Below are positions 48,769 through 58,435 of a DNA stretch of 64,000 bases, in pieces. The translations under genes and the position numbers were made by a program. The stretch is from a virus: IMG/VR virus record IMGVR_UViG_3300028490_000395; one strand, 5' to 3'. Under the pieces are notes generated by a model. That model had not been told where the DNA came from. It searched no databases and saw only the letters and a list, made by a program, of their open reading frames with translations. Each line of letters begins with the position of its first letter. Within the stretch, counting starts at the first letter, position 1.

Positions 48769-51700
48769 ATGATTTTCATATCAGACCTAAGTATTTCAGA
48801 AAGCGCACTAACAGTTACACAAGCTGTTGAACTTGCTGAAAGCTTAAATATTAAACAAATGGTAATTGCAGACTCAAACTTGAGTGGAGCTTTGCCATTT
48901 TATTACGCTGCAAAAAAAGCTGGTATTAAACCAATTTTTGGCGTTCGTCATTGGTTCGATAGTGTTGAATATTTATTCATTGCTAAAGATTCAATTAGTT
49001 ATAAAAAGTTGCTCTTTTGGGAGTCAAAAGGTTATACAGAAGATGCATTCTTAACAGAAGGCATTCTAACTATAGCAATTAACACTAAAACAGCTAATCC
49101 TGTTTTCAAGTCAAAACTATCTATTCTTAAGAAAGAGATTTCTGAGATTGATAAAATGATCAATGAAGACTTGTCAACGCTAGACGTTATTGACACGAAT
49201 ATAATGAATGCCAAAGAAGAAGGCGACTTCTTTAAAATTGGACTTATTAAAGCTATAAAAGAGACCTCATCTTTAAAAAAAGAAGTTGCCTCTAATAACA
49301 TCTCAGCTACTTATGAATATAAAGAATCAACTAAACTTGATTCAATTATGAGTAGCTGTAAAAATGATTACAAATTTGGTAATCCTAATCCTCCAACTTT
49401 TAAATTTAGAGTTGAAGTTGGTGAAGAGTATGGTTTAACTAATGCAACTGACAAATCTTTATTTGAAACGTTGTGTAAGCTAGGTTTAGAAAAAAGACTT
49501 GAAAAAGTTGATAAAAAACTACACCACCTGTATTATGCTCGCCTAAACAAAGAGATGAATGTTATTGATAACATGGGCTTCCCAGGTTATTTTCTTATTG
49601 TTTGGGATTTTGTAAACTATGCAATTAAAATGGAAATTCCAGTCGGTCCAGGTCGTGGTTCTGCTGCAGGTTCTATTGTTGCATGGGTTTTAGGTATTAC
49701 AAACTTAGATCCAATCAAGTATCATTTACTTTTTGAGAGATTTCTAAATCCTGAACGTGTCAGTCTTCCTGATATCGATCAAGATTTTTGTCAAACTCGT
49801 CGTCAAGAAGTTATTGACTATGTTATTGAACGATATGGTGTTGAAAATGTTGCTCAAGTAATTACATTTGGTAAATTTGGAGCAAAAGGTTCAACCGTAG
49901 ATGTCACTAGAGTATTAGAGTTACCACAATACATTGGTGAAAACATATCTAAACGAATTCCTGATCTTACAAACTTCAAGAAAGCTTACGCCGGTGCCAA
50001 AGACTCGTGGGATGAATATCTTTCAAAAGATTTTTATTCTTCTCTTGTTTGGGATCATAGTCGGACAATTGAAGGTTATACTCGAGGAACTGGTATTCAT
50101 GCAGCTGGATTAGTTATTAAAGATGACGAAATCTATAATCATGCGCCAGTTTATCGATCTGAAAAAGATGGAGAAGGAGCTTATTTGATCGGATACGATG
50201 GAAAATATCTTGAAGATGTTGACCTAGTTAAATTCGATTTCCTTGGACTAAAAACGTTATCTGTTATCGATGCTGCAGCTAGAGCTGTTTTTAAGAATCA
50301 TGCTATCAAACTTGATATTATGAACTTAGATCCAATAGATGCTAAAGTGTATGAGTACATTGAGTCTGGAAATACAATTGGAATGTTCCAAATTGAATCT
50401 CCAGGCATGCAAGACTTATCTAAGAAATTAAAGCCTGAAGACTTTGAAGACTTAATTGCACAGCTTGCGTTATATAGACCAGGACCAATGCAGGCAGGAA
50501 TGCTTGACAGTTTTGTTGCTAGAAAAAATGGTAAAGAAAAAATTGACTATTTCTTTAAAGAGATGGAAGAAAAGCTTAAGCCAATTCTAGCTCCAACTTA
50601 TGGAATGATTGTCTATCAAGAACAAGTTATGCAAATCGTTCAAGAAATTGGAGGATTTTCACTTGGTCGTGCCGATTTAGTTCGTAGAGCTATGGGTAAG
50701 AAAGATCCAGATGAAATGAAAAGGTTAGCCTTGGAATTTGCAGATGGAGCTTCTGCTATCGGCTTTAAGAAAGACAATGCAATCGACCTATTCGGGCTTA
50801 TTGAAAAATTTGCTGGATATGGATTTAATAAATCACACTCTGCTGCTTATGCTGCGGTAACTTATATTACAGCTTGGCTGAAATTATATTACCCTAATGA
50901 GTTTATGGCAGCCTTAATTAATTCTGAGGCTAAGGATAGAGAAAAGCAAACGAAATATATTCGTGAAGCTAAAGACATGAAGTTACAAATGGATACTCCA
51001 AATGTATTTATTGCGACACCTACATTTGAGGCGACTAAATCTGGAATAACTTTCAGTGCAAGTTCAATTAAAGGTCTTGGTGAAACAGCTGTAACTTATT
51101 TTCTTTCTCAATTCAAAAAGATAGATAAAGACGATGATTTCAAATCAGTCATAAAACTATTAAATAAGATTCAGATCTCTCCTAAACTTAGATTTGAAAA
51201 TTATGAAAAGTTTATAAACAAAGCAACTCGTACGTCAAATTCACTTTCTAAAAAGATTGAGGAAAAAGACGAGCAAATTCACAAACTAAATGTGAAAGCT
51301 AGAGAGAAAGGTTTAACTGATAAAGAAGGAGAACGTCTACAACGTTATTATGTTGTATTAGCTGAGTTAAATTCAGATAAAGAAAAAACAGATCTAGACC
51401 TCGTCAAAGACAATCTTGACAAATTGGTTCGTCTTCAATCTGATTTCGAGTCATGGAAAGAGTCTAAAGACAGTTTTATAAAGATCCAGAATGCGATGTT
51501 CGAGTCTTTCGCAAAAATTGGAGGCTTAAGTAGTTTTGGGATTCCTAGAAAAGTATTAGTTGAAAATACATCTAAGATTTTATCTGGCTCATGCCCTGAA
51601 GACATAGATTTAACAGGAGATGAGTATTCTAAAGCTGAGATAATTTCACTTGAACAAGATCTTTGCGGAGATTCATTTTCAAGTCCTTTTACAGATCAGC

Positions 51701-52092
51701 AATTAGCAGCCATTAAGCAAGTAAACATTGCTGAAATGAATGTTGGTATGCTTCTTTCTAAAGTTGAGAAAACTAAGAAAGATGGTGGTAAATATTTAAT
51801 CGTGTCTTTTTTAGATGCTGATAATAATATAACTTCCGGATCTGACTTTAACAATAAGGCAAATGTCATAAATGAAGGAGAAATAGTTAAATTCAAGATT
51901 TCTAAGAAAGGTCAGTATTCTAACCTAACTTATATTGATCGAATTGATTTAGATGCCTTTATTCGTGCACAGAAGCCTGCTGACGTTGCAGTAACAGTTG
52001 ATCAAGACATTTCGTCTATGGTTATACCAGATGGTGCAGATATCGTTGTAAAAGATTCAAAAGGAAATATTGTTGCGAGAATAGCTCGTTAA
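48769..52092 (+). CDS. dnaE: DNA polymerase III alpha subunit (DnaE-type C-family polymerase) with degenerate PHP domain
   Basis: NMGFPGYFLIVWDF...VGPGRGSAAGS...LLFERFLNPERVSLPDIDQDF...GYGFNKSHSAAYA. The N-terminus is FISDLSISES where HxHxxDYS is expected. ATG at 48769 follows GAAGGAG. Confidence 0.9.
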   Translation: MIFISDLSISESALTVTQAVELAESLNIKQMVIADSNLSGALPFYYAAKKAGIKPIFGVRHWFDSVEYLFIAKDSISYKKLLFWESKGYTEDAFLTEGILTIAINTKTANPVFKSKLSILKKEISEIDKMINEDLSTLDVIDTNIMNAKEEGDFFKIGLIKAIKETSSLKKEVASNNISATYEYKESTKLDSIMSSCKNDYKFGNPNPPTFKFRVEVGEEYGLTNATDKSLFETLCKLGLEKRLEKVDKKLHHLYYARLNKEMNVIDNMGFPGYFLIVWDFVNYAIKMEIPVGPGRGSAAGSIVAWVLGITNLDPIKYHLLFERFLNPERVSLPDIDQDFCQTRRQEVIDYVIERYGVENVAQVITFGKFGAKGSTVDVTRVLELPQYIGENISKRIPDLTNFKKAYAGAKDSWDEYLSKDFYSSLVWDHSRTIEGYTRGTGIHAAGLVIKDDEIYNHAPVYRSEKDGEGAYLIGYDGKYLEDVDLVKFDFLGLKTLSVIDAAARAVFKNHAIKLDIMNLDPIDAKVYEYIESGNTIGMFQIESPGMQDLSKKLKPEDFEDLIAQLALYRPGPMQAGMLDSFVARKNGKEKIDYFFKEMEEKLKPILAPTYGMIVYQEQVMQIVQEIGGFSLGRADLVRRAMGKKDPDEMKRLALEFADGASAIGFKKDNAIDLFGLIEKFAGYGFNKSHSAAYAAVTYITAWLKLYYPNEFMAALINSEAKDREKQTKYIREAKDMKLQMDTPNVFIATPTFEATKSGITFSASSIKGLGETAVTYFLSQFKKIDKDDDFKSVIKLLNKIQISPKLRFENYEKFINKATRTSNSLSKKIEEKDEQIHKLNVKAREKGLTDKEGERLQRYYVVLAELNSDKEKTDLDLVKDNLDKLVRLQSDFESWKESKDSFIKIQNAMFESFAKIGGLSSFGIPRKVLVENTSKILSGSCPEDIDLTGDEYSKAEIISLEQDLCGDSFSSPFTDQQLAAIKQVNIAEMNVGMLLSKVEKTKKDGGKYLIVSFLDADNNITSGSDFNNKANVINEGEIVKFKISKKGQYSNLTYIDRIDLDAFIRAQKPADVAVTVDQDISSMVIPDGADIVVKDSKGNIVARIAR

Positions 52093-52098
52093 TTATAC

Positions 52099-52120
52099 AA
52101 CAAGGGGTTTACCCTTTGTT
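52099..52120. terminator. bidirectional hairpin ACAAGGGG-TTTA-CCCTTTGT
   Basis: 9-bp stem between convergent dnaE and 52135..52872. Same family as the hairpin at 23889. Confidence 0.55.
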
Positions 52121-52134
52121 TCAAGCTTATAGTT

Positions 52135-52872
52135 TTATTTTTCAGAAGACAACATATCTATCATGATTTTATCAAAAGCCTCTAAAATATTTACATTTGA
52201 TTTACTGTAAACTAATTTCAAGTTTTTTCTTTCAGAAAGCAGAGGGAACATATGATTTGAAACGTATCTTAATCCTCTATCACTAATAAGCTTACCTTTG
52301 TTGCTAACTTCATAAAATAGTTTTAGTCTAAGACTATCATCTAAGCTAATTTTAAAAGTAACAGTAGAGTCAACACTTTTACCCTTGCAAATTCTATATT
52401 CACGCTTATAAAGAATTTTATCTTTTTCAATTTTATCTTTAATTAGGTTCAGAATGTGATCTTCAGAAACATAGCTAAATTTAATGTCTCCCAAAAAGTT
52501 GTCTAGAGGATTTACATCTCCAAATATCAAATAACTATAGTTTGGTTCAAATGTGCTTACAGAAATTCTTTTAGAAGATCCTTCATATTGAACAATAGTT
52601 TCAACATCCTTAACATTGTATTCAAAACTATAGCACGATCGATTTCCAATAATAGATAGAACTCTTGAGTTAAGCAAGTGTGAATCTATACTTTCATTCA
52701 AATAAAATCTAGATGTTGAAAATGCTTTACGAATAATATAAGAATAACGATATATCCTATTTTGTTCTTCTTTAGTAAAATCAAGTTTTTTATACATATC
52801 GTTGCCGATACTTTCTATACCTGTAAGAAGTTGTTTCCGCTCGTTTGAAGTTAACATTTTTATACCTTTCAT
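52135..52872 (-). CDS. hypothetical protein
   Basis: ORF only. Confidence 0.45.
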   Translation of the reverse strand: MKGIKMLTSNERKQLLTGIESIGNDMYKKLDFTKEEQNRIYRYSYIIRKAFSTSRFYLNESIDSHLLNSRVLSIIGNRSCYSFEYNVKDVETIVQYEGSSKRISVSTFEPNYSYLIFGDVNPLDNFLGDIKFSYVSEDHILNLIKDKIEKDKILYKREYRICKGKSVDSTVTFKISLDDSLRLKLFYEVSNKGKLISDRGLRYVSNHMFPLLSERKNLKLVYSKSNVNILEAFDKIMIDMLSSEK

Positions 52873-53078
52873 CTAGTTTTATATCTAATCAAAACATAAG
52901 CAAACAATGGGTAAAATTACCTCATATAAAATGTTCATTTATACTGAATAGTTTCTGTATATTGAATTTTAGCTTAATAAAATTAAAAAAGCCACTAATG
53001 TTGTTTTTTTTTAAGATTTAAGCGTATTACTAAACAATATCTTTTATTAGATAATCAAACTTTAAAGAAGGAGAACTT

Positions 53079-54833
53079 ATGAAAAAAGTTCTATACGTTG
53101 AGACTTCAGTCAAGACAAATAAAGATACTAGTGATAGTATCCCCTTAGTTGGCGGTATTTTTGAAGAAATACTACCTGATACTACATCTACTCCAGATTC
53201 TTCGGAACCGAAAGTAGACGTTAAGAAAATTGAAGCTAAAGCTCTTGCAGTTTGGCTAGGTGAACATAAGATCACGAAGAAGTCTATTTCGACAATTCTA
53301 GATGGTAAAGGTTCTCCAAAAATCAGAGAGTCATTTTATGGTTCTCCAAAAACGATATTTGAGAAATCAAGTTTCAAAAGTCTCACGAGAATGAGCAAAG
53401 CTTCATCTGAAAATTTAGATGTTGATATTGTCTCTTTTGTAGATGTTTTTGCTATGGGAGATGTCATTTTGATTCCGAAGAATTTATCTGAAGAAGATAC
53501 GAAAGATTTTCTTATCGCAGAAGTCGCCGATCTAATCGATCAAAAATATCCAATATACGTTGCTAAGTCTTGGGAGTCTGAATTTATTCGACAATTACTC
53601 AAGACTTCATTAACTAAGCTAGCTGTACTCGGAAATACTCCGTATCGTGAAGCTTATAAATTTTTAGTTGACGTTTCTTCAGTTGAAGATATGTTAGTTA
53701 AATCTTATGGTAAACAACGTTTCATCGAAGAATATAAACGTGCTCCTCAAATTGAGACTCTATGGAAGATTATAGATATCAAAGCCTTCAATATGAAGTC
53801 TTGGGGTCCGCTAGTTAATTTCTTTGGTGGTAAAGATAAATTTGAACAACTGTCAATTCCTATGCAAGAAGCAGTTATTCATATGTACGAAATAGTTGGA
53901 ACCGGAACACAAGATGTTTATAAGCACCTTGTTGAAGTTGACAATTTTAAACAGCTATACTCAATCCCTTTTAAGGAATTGGCTGTATCTAGAGTAAAAA
54001 ACAAATTTTCTGTAAACAGCGTTTCTTTGATCAAAGCTTTAAAAACTTTATCAAAAGCTGCTCCACAGAATCTATCTAAATTGGTCATTTATTCTGCTTT
54101 ATTTTCAAGCTTGAGTAAAAAAGATTTCAATCTAGATGCGTCATGTGAGGATCAAGTTAAGCTACTAGGAGCAATTCAAGGTGGTCAATACAAGGTTCAA
54201 ACTGAAACTGAAGCTTTAGCTAATAAAGCAGCTAGTATGTGGTTATCTCCTACTTCATTTGCAAAATACTCGGAAGAGTTTTTGAGTAACATGAAAGGAC
54301 TATACACTAAACCTAAACACTATCCTACGGTTAGTGGTAAAATCGAAGGTACTGATTACGCATGGGAATCAATGGATCTTACTAACCCTCACGCTTGGTT
54401 CGTAGGTCTTGAGACTAACTGTTGTCAGCACCTTGGTTCTGTTGGTGGAGCTTGTGTACGTTATGCAGCTAAGAACCCTGATATTTCAGGAATCTTTCGT
54501 GTAACTAAAAAAGGTAAAACTATCGCTCAATCTTGGTTTTGGTTTGACATTTTCAAAGGTAACTTTGTTTTTGACAATATCGAAGCTTTAGGAAGAGATG
54601 TACGAGATGTTATCTTACAATGCTATACAGAGTTCACAGAAAACGAACTTAAACCAAGAGCTAAGCTCTTCGGTATTAAAGAAGTTTGTGTTGGATTAGC
54701 TTATGGCTCTTCTGATATTACAGGCTTAAAAAAGTTTTCTTCTCCAACAAATAAAAGTGTTATAACTTCTGCCGGCAGAGGGTCTTGTTATTCAGACGCT
54801 GGAAGTCAAGTTTGTATCGCTAAATTTAAATAA
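53079..54833 (+). CDS. hypothetical large protein
   Basis: GGAGAA SD. No motif recognised. Confidence 0.5.
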   Translation: MKKVLYVETSVKTNKDTSDSIPLVGGIFEEILPDTTSTPDSSEPKVDVKKIEAKALAVWLGEHKITKKSISTILDGKGSPKIRESFYGSPKTIFEKSSFKSLTRMSKASSENLDVDIVSFVDVFAMGDVILIPKNLSEEDTKDFLIAEVADLIDQKYPIYVAKSWESEFIRQLLKTSLTKLAVLGNTPYREAYKFLVDVSSVEDMLVKSYGKQRFIEEYKRAPQIETLWKIIDIKAFNMKSWGPLVNFFGGKDKFEQLSIPMQEAVIHMYEIVGTGTQDVYKHLVEVDNFKQLYSIPFKELAVSRVKNKFSVNSVSLIKALKTLSKAAPQNLSKLVIYSALFSSLSKKDFNLDASCEDQVKLLGAIQGGQYKVQTETEALANKAASMWLSPTSFAKYSEEFLSNMKGLYTKPKHYPTVSGKIEGTDYAWESMDLTNPHAWFVGLETNCCQHLGSVGGACVRYAAKNPDISGIFRVTKKGKTIAQSWFWFDIFKGNFVFDNIEALGRDVRDVILQCYTEFTENELKPRAKLFGIKEVCVGLAYGSSDITGLKKFSSPTNKSVITSAGRGSCYSDAGSQVCIAKFK

Positions 54834-54842
54834 GGAACAAAT

Positions 54843-56012
54843 ATGAAAGCAGAAAATGCCGTATTATTACACCACACAAATGTCGGGTCACGTGTTGCTA
54901 AGTTATTAAGAAAACAAAATGTTATTTTGTCTTCAAGCTACGCAATCGGACCTCAACAGCTTCGACCTCTTCAAGAAAGAGAAGTCGAGTTTGAAACTGT
55001 CATAAATATTAAAGAGCTTAATTCTGATCGGAATGACGCTGTAACAATGTTTATGTCTACAAGTAGATGGATTCCGAAAGAAGTTCGTCTCCTAACAACA
55101 GCAGGTAAAGATGTGTATCTCATTATTGAAGACACGTCGGTATCTGATAACTATGAAGGTGTTTTTAACGAAACTGTCGATCTTATGAAGATTTTTAAGA
55201 AATCTTACAAGAACTATAAGGCGAATAGAGATGAACTTACTGAAACAGAAGATAATCTCTCTACCTTACGACAAGAACGTAAAGAACTTAGAGATATTGA
55301 AGATCGAACAGATTTAATCAAAGCTCAAATTGCTGATCTTACGAAAGAGATTGAAGACTTAGTTTCTTTAACTGTTTCAATAAGAGAAGTTGGTTCTGAG
55401 CTTAGACGAAAATCTAAAGTTGGATTACTTCTTACTCAAGCAGATCCTTTTGCAAATTTATTTAAAATTGGAAGACCTGTTTATTTTAATAAACATTTTG
55501 GGTTACTTGTTCTTAAATGTAGCAAAGCATCTAAAAAAGGTTCTTACAATGTCGATGATTTGAATGAAATGATCGCTGTTATGGATAAAACTGAAGATAA
55601 AAAAGATTGGTCAGCAGTAAAAGAAAAACTTGAACCGTTTATCAATCCTACTACCTTAACTATGAAGTCTGGATTATCTCATGGACCGAGTAGTTTTGCC
55701 GCACTTCTTTCTGAAGAAATAGAACCTTTGAAAATTCAAAGATCAATTTCACTGTCTGACACTGTTCCGGCAGCAGAAGTAACAGCAGCAACAATGGCTC
55801 AGATGTTTGCATCTGGTGCTATGGGTAATTTAGACATGTCGATACAAGAAGATGGTGAAACTGTTTTCATAAAGTCGGCTATGGTCTCAACAGTTACAGT
55901 TGACGAGACAATTATCAATGGAGAGAAGATTACATCTACTATCCGTGGTCATGCCCCGAAAATTGGAGCTTTTGCTATGACGTCTATGACGTTTACGCTC
56001 TACGAGATCTAA
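54843..56012 (+). CDS. hypothetical protein with central coiled-coil
   Basis: Closely follows 53079..54833. Confidence 0.5.
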   Translation: MKAENAVLLHHTNVGSRVAKLLRKQNVILSSSYAIGPQQLRPLQEREVEFETVINIKELNSDRNDAVTMFMSTSRWIPKEVRLLTTAGKDVYLIIEDTSVSDNYEGVFNETVDLMKIFKKSYKNYKANRDELTETEDNLSTLRQERKELRDIEDRTDLIKAQIADLTKEIEDLVSLTVSIREVGSELRRKSKVGLLLTQADPFANLFKIGRPVYFNKHFGLLVLKCSKASKKGSYNVDDLNEMIAVMDKTEDKKDWSAVKEKLEPFINPTTLTMKSGLSHGPSSFAALLSEEIEPLKIQRSISLSDTVPAAEVTAATMAQMFASGAMGNLDMSIQEDGETVFIKSAMVSTVTVDETIINGEKITSTIRGHAPKIGAFAMTSMTFTLYEI

Positions 56013-56038
56013 CTAAAAAAACGAGTCGTTTAACGACT
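56011..56038 (+). terminator. hairpin AACGAGTCG-TTTAA-CGACTTGTT + TCTTTC
   Basis: 9-bp stem starting at the stop codon of 54843..56012. Confidence 0.5.
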
Positions 56039-56185
56039 TGTTTCTTTCAGGAACTATATTTTTTAGTCTTTTAACCTTAAATTACTAATTTAACCATATG
56101 TTTTATTTTTTTCTAAGGAAAATTAGTATAACATACTCAAATAAAGACATGCGCTTTATTAATTTTAAAACACACTGGAGATCAT

Positions 56186-56770
56186 ATGTACAACAAAATC
56201 ACATTACTCGGGAATTTAACCCGCGACATCGAGTTAACATACAGCCAAGCTGGAACTGCAATTGCTAAAACTGCAATTGCTACAAGTCGCAAGTTCACCT
56301 CAAATGGTGAGAAAAAAGAAGAAGTCATGTTTATTGACCTTACTTTCTTCGGCCGCACAGGTGAAGTTGCTAACCAGTATCTTCGTAAAGGATCTAAAAT
56401 CCTAGTCGAAGGTCGTGTTCAATTTGATCAATGGGTTGACCAAAATGGTGGGAAACGTTCTAAGCACTCTGTTATTGTTGAATCAATGCAAATGCTTGAC
56501 ACTAAACAAGATGGTGCTCAAAATGGTCAACAGCAAGCTCAGCAGCCTCAACAGCAGCAGCAGCAGCAAGCTCAACAGCCACAGCAACAGCAAGCTCAAC
56601 AGCCGCAGCAGCAACAGCAAGCTTATCAAGCTCCGCAACAGCAGCAGCAGCAAGCTTATCAAGCTCCGCAACAGCAACAGCAGCAATCTTATCAAGCTCC
56701 GCAACAGCAGCAAGCTCAACAACAGCAAGCTCCTGTCGTTAATGTTGACGAAGACGAAATTCCGTTTTAG
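56186..56770 (+). CDS. ssb: single-stranded DNA-binding protein with Gln/Pro-rich repeat linker
   Basis: OB-fold region LLGNLTRDIEL...FGRTGEVANQYLRKGSKILVEGR. Acidic C-terminal tip DEDEIPF. Confidence 0.9.
   Translation: MYNKITLLGNLTRDIELTYSQAGTAIAKTAIATSRKFTSNGEKKEEVMFIDLTFFGRTGEVANQYLRKGSKILVEGRVQFDQWVDQNGGKRSKHSVIVESMQMLDTKQDGAQNGQQQAQQPQQQQQQQAQQPQQQQAQQPQQQQQAYQAPQQQQQQAYQAPQQQQQQSYQAPQQQQAQQQQAPVVNVDEDEIPF
56521..56738 (+). repeat. in-frame CAG/CAA-rich tandem repeats (about 36-nt unit, 3 copies) inside ssb
   Basis: The unit cagcaagcttatcaagctccgcaacagcagcagcag repeats and encodes QQAYQAPQQQQQ. Confidence 0.7.
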
Positions 56771-56777
56771 TCAAAAT

Positions 56778-56800
56778 AAAGAGAGATTTTCTCTCTTTCT
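56778..56800 (+). terminator. hairpin AAAGAGAG-ATTTT-CTCTCTTT after ssb
   Basis: 8-bp stem plus a T-rich tail. Confidence 0.5.
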
Positions 56801-56894
56801 ACCGTTCCGGTATACCTCTATCAATCCTCTTCAAAATCCCTTCAACTATTATGCTATAATCCTCTATTCTAAAATCAATACATAGGAGAACAAC

Positions 56895-57662
56895 TTGAAT
56901 TCAAAATCTAAAAAAATTATAATGATATTCTCAATGTGTGCCACTTGCTTAGGGACGTCCGTAATGGCAGAAGATACACTTCCTGATAATATCCAAGACA
57001 TTCTGGGACAACCACTTCCAGCCAAAGCAAAAACATGGGATCACTACTCTGATAATGGAGATACATTCTATGATAAAAAGACAGAAAACAAAGATGAAGT
57101 TAAAAAAGCTGCTGCAAAGATTCTGGGACAAAAAAACATTTCTATGTTCTCAGATAATAGAACTTTAATTACCGTTCAAGATGACGCAGCTTTAACGAAA
57201 AGCATTCATTCAAAACATGTGTACAAAAAACTTCCTGAAGATATAGCAAGTCAATTAGATTCAGATGTTACTTTTTCAAGATTACTAGTGTCATTTAAAA
57301 ACAAAGAGGGCGGGCAAACAGTTTTATCAATTGATAACTCGAAAGTAAAAGATCTTAAAACCCTCGACGCCTTTTTTAAAGAAGGTCTAGAAAAAGTTGA
57401 TATTGTTTTATCTGATCACGATCTAGTAACTCTAAAGCTCGTAGTTCAAACAGAAGGTGAAACGAAGTCTGGCTTAAAAAGAATTAGCTCAAAATCTATA
57501 GTTCTTTCAAAAGCAAAAGACAACTCTTTAATTGTGGTAGAAACTCTTTCTCTTAAAGCCGATGTCAAGAAAAGTGAGAAAAGAGAAAAAGAACTATCAA
57601 CAAAGAAGAATATTAGTGATATGAAAAAGTCTTCTTTCTGGAAAGATCCAACTATAAAATAG
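56895..57662 (+). CDS. secreted/lipoprotein-like hypothetical protein (TTG start)
   Basis: AGGAG lies 5 nt upstream of the TTG. Signal peptide with a Cys-containing h-region. Confidence 0.45.
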   Translation: MNSKSKKIIMIFSMCATCLGTSVMAEDTLPDNIQDILGQPLPAKAKTWDHYSDNGDTFYDKKTENKDEVKKAAAKILGQKNISMFSDNRTLITVQDDAALTKSIHSKHVYKKLPEDIASQLDSDVTFSRLLVSFKNKEGGQTVLSIDNSKVKDLKTLDAFFKEGLEKVDIVLSDHDLVTLKLVVQTEGETKSGLKRISSKSIVLSKAKDNSLIVVETLSLKADVKKSEKREKELSTKKNISDMKKSSFWKDPTIK

Positions 57663-57742
57663 ACTTAAATCGAGCAATTTAAGGTTAATTTTATATTTTA
57701 TGAGGTATACTTCTCTCATAATAAAACACACAGGAGTATTTT

Positions 57743-58279
57743 ATGTTAAAAGCAACACTATCAAAAGCAGCAGCAGGATTAATCCTCGCATCCGCACTAG
57801 CTACTTCAGCTTTCGCAAGTGGGTCACACCCGACCTTATATATAGGTTCAACAACCATTGATTCTCATGATTCAGCAACAGCCTTCGGCTTTGGTGTTGA
57901 TATGATTAAAGGCTTTGACAGTGGGGTAGAAGCCGGAATGGATATCAACATCCTATACGCAAGTATTGGTGACGGATATGACACAAGTACAAATGCAGGG
58001 CTTGATCTAATTATTGGATACAACTTTGATAAAAAACTTCAAGTTCCAATTGCTGTAAAAGCTGGTCTTGGTTATGGGTTTGGTAAGATTGGTAATTCCG
58101 TAACAATGAAAGGGCCTCAGTATTCTGCAGCCGTAGAGTGGGATATCACGTCTAAGCTTGGGATTGGTGTTAAATACCTTTACCAAGACTTTACTGCTAG
58201 TTACATTTTTGCAGATGCAGACCTTCCTATTGACAACTATCTAGGTTATGTTTACTACAAGTTCAAAGCAACGAAATAG
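57743..58279 (+). CDS. small outer-membrane beta-barrel protein (OmpX/Ail/OmpW-like size)
   Basis: Signal peptide ending AFA, alternating amphipathic strands, and about 178 aa. Confidence 0.5.
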   Translation: MLKATLSKAAAGLILASALATSAFASGSHPTLYIGSTTIDSHDSATAFGFGVDMIKGFDSGVEAGMDINILYASIGDGYDTSTNAGLDLIIGYNFDKKLQVPIAVKAGLGYGFGKIGNSVTMKGPQYSAAVEWDITSKLGIGVKYLYQDFTASYIFADADLPIDNYLGYVYYKFKATK

Positions 58280-58435
58280 CACACTTCTAGGCCAGGGTTA
58301 TCCCGGCCACATTCCTCAAAATATTCAACATACAAAAACTTTTTAAACTAAAATTAAGACTATCGGATCTATAATGTATCTATAGACTAAACTATAATTT
58401 AGTTATGTAAATCAAAAAATTGGAAGGAGCAAATT

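Noticed and set aside
56415-56885. Long ORFs on alternative frames or strand across the ssb linker (56415..56885 +, 56483..56728 -).
   Set aside because: Artefacts of the CAG/CAA tandem repeat. The ssb frame has clear OB and acidic-tip motifs.
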